In this document: one piece after another, positions 49,409-56,939 of the stretch
Position numbering within the stretch: the first letter of the stretch is position 1
Layout of the letters: every line of letters starts with the position of its first letter
Assembly: GCA_018657625.1 (NCBI GenBank)
Contig: JABHWU010000095.1
Span: forward strand, 4,962 to 68,961
Direction: 5' to 3'
From: Deltaproteobacteria bacterium
GTDB lineage: Bacteria > SAR324 > XYD2-FULL-50-16
DNA: 64,000 nucleotides
Program-made: the position numbers and the translations under genes
The notes under the pieces: generated by a model
What the model saw: only the letters and a program-made list of their open reading frames with translations
The model's database searches: none
What the model was told of the DNA's origin: nothing

Positions 49409-51256
49409 TCAAATACTCGCGATTCCCAATTCTTCTAATTTACTTTGGTCAGGAACTCCTAAGTCATTCCATCCCCGAACACTATAATATTCAGGCAGCA
49501 TTTTGGCCAATTGAACAACATGCCCTTTACCCGGACCTTCAGTGAAAGGTTCTTCCAGCATTCTTTTAGGTAAGGTATCATCTTCATTACTAAAACCAGC
49601 TTTAATATTGAACATTTTTTCTAAATTAAAGATCCTTTCACCGGTTTTCAGAAAACCATCTAAACCACCAAAGTCAATACCGGTACAGGTTTCAATCATT
49701 TTGACCAGAACCTCGGCTTTAGGTGTGGCGATGACAATAAAATTACAAATGCCTGATGAGTCGATCATGCAATAATAGTCCTGAATTTTTTTAACCACAT
49801 CCGGTTTCCCTTCTGTAGCAAAACGATCCAAATTCCCACCGGTTTCCACAATATCAAGTAAGCTAATACCAAAAAACTCGACACAATGAACTTCCTGCCT
49901 GATATGACATCCTCCCCGATTAGAAGTTGCATAACCTAAAGCAAATCCCTGTCCCCCTCTGGGGTCATAGCTGGGGAATTCCTGTTTTTTGGATGTCATA
50001 GAATATTCCGAAGCATCATAGTGGCTGGCTAAGCGATAAGACCCCTCGGCCACTTTATCACCAAATCCTTCACGCCTGGCAGCCATATAAAGCAAATCGA
50101 CCATGCCTTCACCATTTCCAAAATTCAAATCAAATCCAATATCTTCTTTAGGAATCAGCCCTTTTTCAAATAACTCCATCGCACAGGCGATGGTTGATCC
50201 GGCACTGATGGTATCCATTCCCATTTCATTACAAACATGGTTACCTTTGATGACGGCTTCAAGATTAGAAATCCCACAGGCAGACCCAAGAGCACCCATG
50301 GATTCATATTCCGGTCCTTCACCGGAACTTTTAAATTTACCCTCTGTAACTTTCGTCACCCGTCCACAGGCCGTAGGGCAGGAAAAACAAGCCTTGGTTC
50401 GGTTGGCACCTTTTAAATTATAATCCTTGGCCAGGGCTATTCCACCTATTTTTGCAGCCGACTCAAATGTTCCCTGCTGATGATTTCTGGTGGGTAATAG
50501 TCCAACTTCATTTGAAAATTCAACCACGTCAGCGGTACCGTACTTAGCAATGGTTTCCGACATATAGGGGTCTTTTAGTTCTTCGTGGGCAAAAGCTACA
50601 TTATCCATAAATCCCTGTGGATCAGCAACTGATACGCCATTGGTACCACGAATAGCGATGGCTTTAAAATTCTTAGATCCCATGACCGCACCCACGCCGG
50701 ATCGCCCGGCTGCACGTCCTTTATCATTCATTATAGCTGCAAACTTAACCAGGTTTTCACCCGCCGGACCAATGCAAACGACTTTAGCTTCCGGATGGGT
50801 TTGTTCAACCACCCATTCTGTGGTTTCATTAACATCTTTTCCCCATAGTTCTTCAGCACTGCGTAATTCAAACTGATCATTATCAATCCAAAGATAAGTA
50901 GGCTCCTTGGCTTTTCCTTCCAAAATAATCATGTCATAACCGGCAAACTTCATTTCAGCCGGAAAATAACCACCGGAATTTGAATTGGCAATAGCACCGG
51001 TTAGAGGTGATTTTGTAACCACCGTATATCTACTGGCTGCCAGGGCTCCGGTACCCGTTAAGGGACCGGTGGCAAACATAATTTTATTCTCCTCACTCAG
51101 AGGCTCAATACTCGGATCTATTTCATCATATAAGTACTTAAGCCCTAAACCGCGACCACCAATGTAGTCTTCCGCGACCTTTGCATCTAAGGATTCCACA
51201 GTTAATTTTTGATGCGTCAGATTTACTCTTAGAATTTTACCTATCCACCCGTTCAT
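49409..51256 (-). CDS. aor: tungsten-type aldehyde:ferredoxin oxidoreductase (AOR family, AorB-like)
   Basis: 615 aa. N-terminal GWIGKILRVNLTHQKLTVESL...YIGGRGLG, an internal Cys block CFSCPTACGR, and AOR-family length. Confidence 0.9.
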   Translation of the reverse strand: MNGWIGKILRVNLTHQKLTVESLDAKVAEDYIGGRGLGLKYLYDEIDPSIEPLSEENKIMFATGPLTGTGALAASRYTVVTKSPLTGAIANSNSGGYFPAEMKFAGYDMIILEGKAKEPTYLWIDNDQFELRSAEELWGKDVNETTEWVVEQTHPEAKVVCIGPAGENLVKFAAIMNDKGRAAGRSGVGAVMGSKNFKAIAIRGTNGVSVADPQGFMDNVAFAHEELKDPYMSETIAKYGTADVVEFSNEVGLLPTRNHQQGTFESAAKIGGIALAKDYNLKGANRTKACFSCPTACGRVTKVTEGKFKSSGEGPEYESMGALGSACGISNLEAVIKGNHVCNEMGMDTISAGSTIACAMELFEKGLIPKEDIGFDLNFGNGEGMVDLLYMAARREGFGDKVAEGSYRLASHYDASEYSMTSKKQEFPSYDPRGGQGFALGYATSNRGGCHIRQEVHCVEFFGISLLDIVETGGNLDRFATEGKPDVVKKIQDYYCMIDSSGICNFIVIATPKAEVLVKMIETCTGIDFGGLDGFLKTGERIFNLEKMFNIKAGFSNEDDTLPKRMLEEPFTEGPGKGHVVQLAKMLPEYYSVRGWNDLGVPDQSKLEELGIASI

Positions 51257-51735
51257 ATCGCTTCCTCCTGGTGACCGTGAAATTTATCAACCACTGATCT
51301 TTTTTTCTGTAAGGCACCCTCTTCAGTTGATTTAAAAGATAAAGCACCGGTGTTACAAGCAATGACACACTCCGGCTCTCCGCCACAAAGATCACACTTA
51401 TGGGCTCGTCCGGTCTCTAAAACAGTGATACAGCCAAAAGGGCAGGCCAACATACACATCTTACAACCGACACATTTATGTTCGATGACATTGATCACTG
51501 GGGCACCATTTATCATCGATTTTTGTAATGCACCCGTTGGGCAAACCTCTTTACATAAAGGGACAGTACATTGAATGCAGGTTAGAGGAACAAAAGAAGC
51601 CTCTTCTGTATATATACTGACATGGATGTTCGATTTGACCGGATTAAATTCCTGATGATGCTTAAAAGAGCATGCGGCTTCACACGCCCGACATCCGGTA
51701 CATTTTTCCTGATTAAAACTCAAAGCTTTAGGCAT
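51253..51735 (-). CDS. four-cluster [4Fe-4S] ferredoxin-like electron-transfer subunit (AorA-like)
   Basis: 160 aa with four Cys motifs: CTGCRACEAAC, CIQCTVPLCKEVCP, CVGCKMCMLACP and CDLCGGEPECVIAC. 4-nt overlap with aor. Confidence 0.85.
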   Translation of the reverse strand: MPKALSFNQEKCTGCRACEAACSFKHHQEFNPVKSNIHVSIYTEEASFVPLTCIQCTVPLCKEVCPTGALQKSMINGAPVINVIEHKCVGCKMCMLACPFGCITVLETGRAHKCDLCGGEPECVIACNTGALSFKSTEEGALQKKRSVVDKFHGHQEEAI

Positions 51736-51752
51736 AAAAATCTCCTTTTTGA

Positions 51753-52001
51753 TTATCCACCAGCCATTGGTAAAAAAACAGCCACTCTATCTTCATGAGA
51801 AAGCACATGGCTGGGTTTAGCATGTATTCCATTAACAATCATTAATTTTGGAACATCTTTAGGTAAACCAATCTGATCAATTAATAGGTATTCCACAGTA
51901 CTGCCTTCAGGTATCGAGCGTTTAAAATCTTTCGCCGTATATCCTGCAGGAAGATACTTTTGAAATCCTTGATGGATTTTAATAGTCACTTCAATCATCA
52001 C
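51753..52001 (-). CDS. MoaD/ThiS-family beta-grasp protein
   Basis: 82 aa ending ...VAVFLPMAGG (C-terminal Gly-Gly). Confidence 0.7.
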   Translation of the reverse strand: MMIEVTIKIHQGFQKYLPAGYTAKDFKRSIPEGSTVEYLLIDQIGLPKDVPKLMIVNGIHAKPSHVLSHEDRVAVFLPMAGG

Positions 52002-52023
52002 CTGATGCTCTCATAAATTTCTG

Positions 52024-53265
52024 TTAAGGAATGTAAAATCGAATGGGCCCTCGCACCAATCGTTCTCTTCGGTGCTCCGGTACCTGGATACGATTATTGA
52101 TCATATTTCGAACAACACCGATGTCACTGATAGCATCTAAAAAAACAGCCCCGACAATTTCATCGACTTCATTGAATACCAACTTCCGGTAAACCGAGGT
52201 CAATGGATTTAAAAATTTTGTTTCTGAATAGCCTTCCTGAAGTTTCCCACTGAATCCAACTGAAGCAATGGCTTTTCCAAAAATACCTGTGACGTTTCCA
52301 TTCAAACTTGAAAAGTGAATATCCTTGCCACTCATATTCAACCCTGCAGTTTTCCCCTGGAGACAAGCATTAGGCCAAGTGGCAACCACTGCCTGTTCTT
52401 TACTGATGAAATCCTCCCCTTCAGCCACATCACCAGCAGCATAAACATTAGGGTAGTTGGATTGCATGGCCTGATTAACAATGATACCCCAATCAGTCTT
52501 AATACCGCTTCCTTTTGTCATCTGCGTATTGGGAATAACACCTTTTCCGGCAATGACCATGTCAACCGATAAAGTGCTGCCATCATTCAAAGTAGCCTGT
52601 AGCTTATCTGAAAAAGATTCAAGTTGAGTCACACTCGTATTATACAATACCTTAAATTTCCTCTCTGGCAATGCCTTTGATAAAATTGAACTACATTGAT
52701 AATCTATATTTTGAGACATCACCTGAGAAGAACCGATCACAATAGTAACTTTATGATTTGCGCCTGCCAGGGCATTAGCTGATTGTAATCCGATTAAACC
52801 TCCACCCAGTATTAATATATCCTTTTTTGAACTGGAATGCGCCAAAATTCCATCAGCATCAGCAATGGTTTTCAGGGTAAATAATCCAGGTAAATCAGGG
52901 TCACAAAACCTCAACTTCCTGGCTGAGGAACCAGTGGCAATTAATAGACGGTCATAGGAAATCTTGTTTTTATCACTAAGTTCCACCAACTGTTTTTCAG
53001 GATCAATCCCTATCGCAGAAATACCTTCCAACAGATTTATCCTGTTTCTTTGATAAAACCCTTTATAGGTAAAAAAGAGTCCCTTGCGATCGAGTCTATT
53101 TGAGATATAATAGGTTAGCAGCACCGGTGAGTATGCCAAGCCCTTTTCCGCAGCTACAATGGTGATCTCACCATTGGGGTCATGGCTTCTAATAGCTTCA
53201 ACTGCTGATATAGCAGCTGCACTATGCCCTAAAATAACATATTTTTTTACTTTTCCAGCTTGCAT
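52024..53265 (-). CDS. FAD-dependent pyridine-nucleotide oxidoreductase (AorC-like)
   Basis: Start at ATG 53265 (MQAGKVKKYVILGHSAAAISA). Second dinucleotide fold ILILGGGLIGLQSA, and YAAGDVAE. Confidence 0.8.
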   Translation of the reverse strand: MQAGKVKKYVILGHSAAAISAVEAIRSHDPNGEITIVAAEKGLAYSPVLLTYYISNRLDRKGLFFTYKGFYQRNRINLLEGISAIGIDPEKQLVELSDKNKISYDRLLIATGSSARKLRFCDPDLPGLFTLKTIADADGILAHSSSKKDILILGGGLIGLQSANALAGANHKVTIVIGSSQVMSQNIDYQCSSILSKALPERKFKVLYNTSVTQLESFSDKLQATLNDGSTLSVDMVIAGKGVIPNTQMTKGSGIKTDWGIIVNQAMQSNYPNVYAAGDVAEGEDFISKEQAVVATWPNACLQGKTAGLNMSGKDIHFSSLNGNVTGIFGKAIASVGFSGKLQEGYSETKFLNPLTSVYRKLVFNEVDEIVGAVFLDAISDIGVVRNMINNRIQVPEHRRERLVRGPIRFYIP

Positions 53266-53321
53266 AACAATGATTTTAATCCTTAAAAATTTAATTTTTT
53301 CTATTTGCGGCAAATACTCAA

Positions 53322-53424
53322 TACCGGTAATTAGGGTACACGTAACTATCGGGTATTTAACTGTTTAAGCCTTTGCTAAAAATTGTACATGTCCCCAAAT
53401 TACCTACTTTTCGTTCAGGCACTA
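53322..53424 (+). repeat. family C repeat
   Basis: TACCGGTAATTAGGGTACACGTAAC...TGTACATGTCCCCAAATTACCTACTTTTCGTTCAGGCACTA. It fills the gap between the permease gene and the oxidoreductase genes. Confidence 0.85.
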
Positions 53425-53425
53425 A

Positions 53426-54844
53426 TTAATAATCACCAATACTGGATTTTTCAATAAACAGTTTAGTGATGACATAATAGACAATCATACTAACAATAAC
53501 AGCGGGTATAGAAGCACTTACATACTTAAAGATAGCAGCTGATTCATATGACACCGGATTCAGCAGATAAGTGTAAGTGAAAAACCCGGCCACAAGCGCA
53601 ATAACAGCCGCTGGATTCACACCACCAATAAAATAGTAGGCTGAACCTGATTCTTTTTCATAAAGCCCTCTGGTGTTCAATTGCTGTTTTCTTAAAAAGA
53701 AATAATCCGCAATTTGAATTCCACAAACCGGCGCAAATACAACACCTAAAAAGGCGAAGAAAGTTCCGGAGTTATCAAAAAATAAATTAGGAACAAATGT
53801 AGCGATGATAGCCACAGGTGCCAAAACAATCAAAGTAATCCAATTCCAGGAAATCCCTTTCTGGAAGACTGGAATTTGCTTAAGTCCAATGGCAGCAACA
53901 TAAGCACCTACTACAGCAGTACCAATATTAGCGACAGCCAGGAATATCAGGGCTACAATTCCCATCTCGATTCCACCAAATTTAATCAACCAGGCAGTTG
54001 GATCCTGACTACCAGTAGCCAATGCGGAATAAAGTCCGATTAAGCTAATGACACCCGTTGGTAATCCCATGCAAAGCATGGCTGGCCAAACAGCTTGTCT
54101 GGAACTGGGAACCATCCGCACAATGCCACCCATGTACGGCCACCAGGATAAAACAGAAGCGACCAACACTTCAAAACCGGCTGTATAGTCCCAGAGTAAA
54201 TCACCGGATGCATAAGCAGGTTTAGCAGCAAATATGGTTGTTAAACCAACACCCACAACCAATTTATATAATATCCATAAGCCTAGGATTGTTACAGCAA
54301 TAGCGATCCAATATGAGTAATTTCGAATGGATTCGGCCCCTTTCCTGAGCAGTAACCAGGATAAAGTTATAGCTGTTAAGGATCCTAAAACTGAAATCAG
54401 TGCTATCGAGGAAGGATCAACAGCCCAACCAGCTTCTTTAGCAATATTTCCGGCTGCTTTACCCAGTAAGATCAGTAATAGGCAGTTCCAACCGATGATA
54501 GAGGCATATTGAATGAAAATTGAAAAATAGGCACCTTTGGTTCCAAATTGGGGTCGGGTAGAAGTAATCGTTTCAATTCCGTATTTTACACTGCCGGGAA
54601 TGGTTGCCATGACCACAAAAAACATCCCCACTAAACTTCCGGCAATCATGGCAATGGTGCCCATTTTGGCATCTAAATAGTATGCGACAAAACCACCAAT
54701 AATATAACTCCAGGCTGCAACACCAGCACTGATAGCAACTGCAGTCAAACCCAGAGCTCCCCAAGTTCGTTCTTTTGGCAATATTGGCCAGGTACCCTGG
54801 ATCGCTTCTTTGAGAGAGCTGATCTCAATTCCATTGTTGCTCAT
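53426..54844 (-). CDS. NCS1-family (purine/cytosine/uracil/thiamine/allantoin-type) permease
   Basis: Start at ATG 54844 (MSNNGIEISS), overlapping the upstream stop in ATGA. About 12 TM helices. N-terminal LPKERTWGALGLTAVAISAGVAAWSY block is typical of NCS1 carriers. Confidence 0.75.
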   Translation of the reverse strand: MSNNGIEISSLKEAIQGTWPILPKERTWGALGLTAVAISAGVAAWSYIIGGFVAYYLDAKMGTIAMIAGSLVGMFFVVMATIPGSVKYGIETITSTRPQFGTKGAYFSIFIQYASIIGWNCLLLILLGKAAGNIAKEAGWAVDPSSIALISVLGSLTAITLSWLLLRKGAESIRNYSYWIAIAVTILGLWILYKLVVGVGLTTIFAAKPAYASGDLLWDYTAGFEVLVASVLSWWPYMGGIVRMVPSSRQAVWPAMLCMGLPTGVISLIGLYSALATGSQDPTAWLIKFGGIEMGIVALIFLAVANIGTAVVGAYVAAIGLKQIPVFQKGISWNWITLIVLAPVAIIATFVPNLFFDNSGTFFAFLGVVFAPVCGIQIADYFFLRKQQLNTRGLYEKESGSAYYFIGGVNPAAVIALVAGFFTYTYLLNPVSYESAAIFKYVSASIPAVIVSMIVYYVITKLFIEKSSIGDY

Positions 54845-54999
54845 GACCACCCCCATATCATAAGAATTGCAGGTATGATAAGACCAACTAAGAATAATAA
54901 CACATAGTCCATACCAGTTAAAGGATCCCCTTCATAATCAGGATTTTCAACAAGTTTAATACGTTTTACAAGTTCAGGATCTAGTTGTTCTTCTCCCAT
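54841..54999 (-). CDS. small (52-aa) single-TM protein, translationally coupled to the permease
   Basis: Unlisted ORF MGEEQLDPELVKRIKLVENPDYEGDPLTGMDYVLLFLVGLIIPAILMIWGWS*. AAGGAG lies 5-6 nt upstream. Its TGA overlaps the permease ATG. Confidence 0.5.
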   Translation of the reverse strand: MGEEQLDPELVKRIKLVENPDYEGDPLTGMDYVLLFLVGLIIPAILMIWGWS

Positions 55000-55080
55000 C
55001 TTTCTCCTTTAAAACTGTGTTAAAGTAAATTCTAATTGAAAATAAAAACGGTTTACAAATGATAAACCTGCCCGGCTTAC

Positions 55081-55096
55081 TGCATAGGCGGTGCCA
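55081..55096 (-). promoter_or_regulatory. candidate sigma-54 (-24/-12) promoter
   Basis: The minus strand reads TGGCACcgcctATGCA, with GG-N10-GC spacing exactly as in TGGCAC-N5-TTGCA. It lies ~80 nt upstream of the 54999 start. Confidence 0.5.
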
Positions 55097-55208
55097 TGAA
55101 TTTTATAAAGTAATAGTCTTACGGGGTAACAGTATTCACTAAGGAGTATCGGGGGGTTTTTAGGTCAGCAAGGCAATGAAACGAAAAGCAAGGAAAATAT
55201 AACAATAC

Positions 55209-55295
55209 ATGACATGTATGTCATATATTGTTATATTTTGGCTGCCAATAACCTGATATGACTAATAATAACCATATAAATGACATACGTGTCAT
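55209..55295. promoter_or_regulatory. two copies of a palindromic operator/UAS-like site
   Basis: ATGACAtgtaTGTCATATATTGT (55209-55231) and ATGACAtacgTGTCATATATTGT (55280-55302). Centres are 71 bp apart, 113-199 bp upstream of the candidate -24 element. Confidence 0.45.
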
Positions 55296-55399
55296 ATATT
55301 GTGACACTTAAGCTCTTTTTTATAAGTTTTGAATAATTAATGTATCAATAAACCTTCCTGGAAATTATGGCAAACATCATTGATATAATTTTATTTGAA

Positions 55400-55535
55400 A
55401 CTGAATGGAAATTCGGGGGACATGTACATTTTCAGATAAACGGTTATCGCTTGATATCAGGTTGTTACGTGTCCCCTGGATTTCCGGCTAATTAGCAACC
55501 AGTTGAATTACCTATTTTTCGTTCAGACACTATTT
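55400..55535 (-). repeat. family C repeat (inverted, extended)
   Basis: GGAAATTCGGGGGACATGTACA...GTTACGTGTCCCCTGGATTTCCGG...TTTTTCGTTCAGACACTA. Confidence 0.8.
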
Positions 55536-55592
55536 AGCACCATCGAAAACTTAAATTGCAGGAAACCGGTGAATGGGAAAAAGTAAAAACCT

Positions 55593-56149
55593 TTAGGAAA
55601 AATTCCCAGACATATAATCATTGATTGCCTGTTGAATTTGATCTGCTGTATTCATAACAAAAGGTCCGTGCTTAACAATAGGTTCATGCAGAGGAATACC
55701 AGCCAATAATAATAAACGCGCCGATTGGTGTTGGGTAAAAAGTTGTATCCTGGAACCTGCACCTAAAACCCCCATACCAAACCATCTTTTTGCATCGGAA
55801 TTTCTGAATGCACAATTCCTTTTCCGGCAGTCATCCATTGAACTTCCCCGTCTGATAATACGTCACAATTGCCTTGACTATCCTGATGTTCAAAAGCGCC
55901 TGCCAGCATATAGGTAATCGTTTCAAAACCACGATGGGGGTGACTTGGAAAACCCGCGGTGTAATCAGAAGGGTCATCGGATCTAAACTCATCTAACATT
56001 AAAAACGGGTCAAAGTCTGGCAATAGATGAGACCCCAAACTTCGATTTAATTTAACACCAGCGCCATCAGAAACTGATACAGCTGTCACAGTTTTAACCA
56101 ATATTCTATTTCGCTTATCAATATGATCTTTTTGTAAATCTGGTTTCAT
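55593..56149 (-). pseudogene. pirin-family protein, frameshifted and internally shortened
   Basis: ORF 55763-56149 carries the pirin N-terminal cupin (FPSHPHRGFETITYML, VQWMTAGKGIVHSE). ORF 55593-55838, in another frame, carries the pirin C-terminal tail (LLLLAGIPLHEPIVKHGPFVMNTADQIQQAINDY). The frames meet at a C5 run (55769-55773). The combined length of ~187 aa is well below normal pirins. Confidence 0.7.
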
Positions 56150-56411
56150 GAGTCTCCTTAATGGTTGAATTTGGTTTCACGATGATGAGGTATAAAATAG
56201 TCAAACTCCGGTCCGGCTGGAACGATTCGATGGGGATTGATGGAATCGTGACTAAAGAAATAGTGTTTTTTGATATGGTGCCAATCAGAGAAAGTTCGCT
56301 GAGCTCTATTTTGTGGAATCTTTTTAAGCAAAATACTCAAATAAATAGTTCAATCAAATAAAAAGGTGTATAAATTGCTAATTAAACTCCCTTATTCTTT
56401 GAAAAACATTT

Positions 56412-56555
56412 TTTTACTAAATAGTCTTTGAACGAAAATGCATCAATCTGGTATTTAACTGTTTAAGCCTTTGCTAAAAATTGTACATGTCCCCAAATTA
56501 CCTATTTTTCATTCAGACACTAAATAGTGTTCGAACAAAAATGCCATTATTGGAT
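56412..56555 (+). repeat. family C repeat with a duplicated tail
   Basis: TACTAAATAGTCTTTGAACGAAAATGC and CACTAAATAGTGTTCGAACAAAAATGC flank the core ...TGTACATGTCCCCAAATTACCTATTTTTCATTCAGACACTA. Confidence 0.8.
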
Positions 56556-56568
56556 ATCAAACCGGTAA

Positions 56569-56832
56569 ATTGAGATACAAAAGATCTCTCCTCATACTTC
56601 GTCGAGATGACAATTGGTAACACTTTGATTTTAAAGGCACAAAATTCAAGTTCGTTAACAGTTTCCCAAGCCGGTGCCCGGCAAGATGAATGCAATGAAC
56701 TTGTCTGAATCCGTAGGGTGGGCAGTCTTTTTTGCCCACGCTGAAGAAACGTCGGATCCGCTTCGCTTGATCCGACCTACAATATTTTGTATCTTATTGT
56801 AATTATTATTTATAAATTCAAGTTCAGTAACA
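56569..56832 (+). repeat. second copy of composite repeat family D, containing GTAG-headed REP-like hairpins
   Basis: Aligns with 13207-13385 and 13591-13628. Contains GTAGGGTGGGCAgtcttttttGCCCAC and GTCGGATCcgcttcgcttGATCCGAC-CTAC. The short ORFs listed here are read-through artefacts. Confidence 0.8.
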
Positions 56833-56939
56833 GCAAAAATCAATGATTAACGGCCAATAGCACATGGGAATAAATGGTCCCTAATGAAGAATTAACCAGA
56901 ACCACCCAAATTCACTAAACTATAATAGGAAGCAAAAAA

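Noticed and set aside
56158-56361. Overlapping 60-aa (-) and 66-aa (+) ORFs just upstream of the pirin gene
   Set aside because: They are mutually antisense. The minus-strand one needs a TTG start without an SD sequence. Neither has a recognisable motif, so neither could be supported as a gene.
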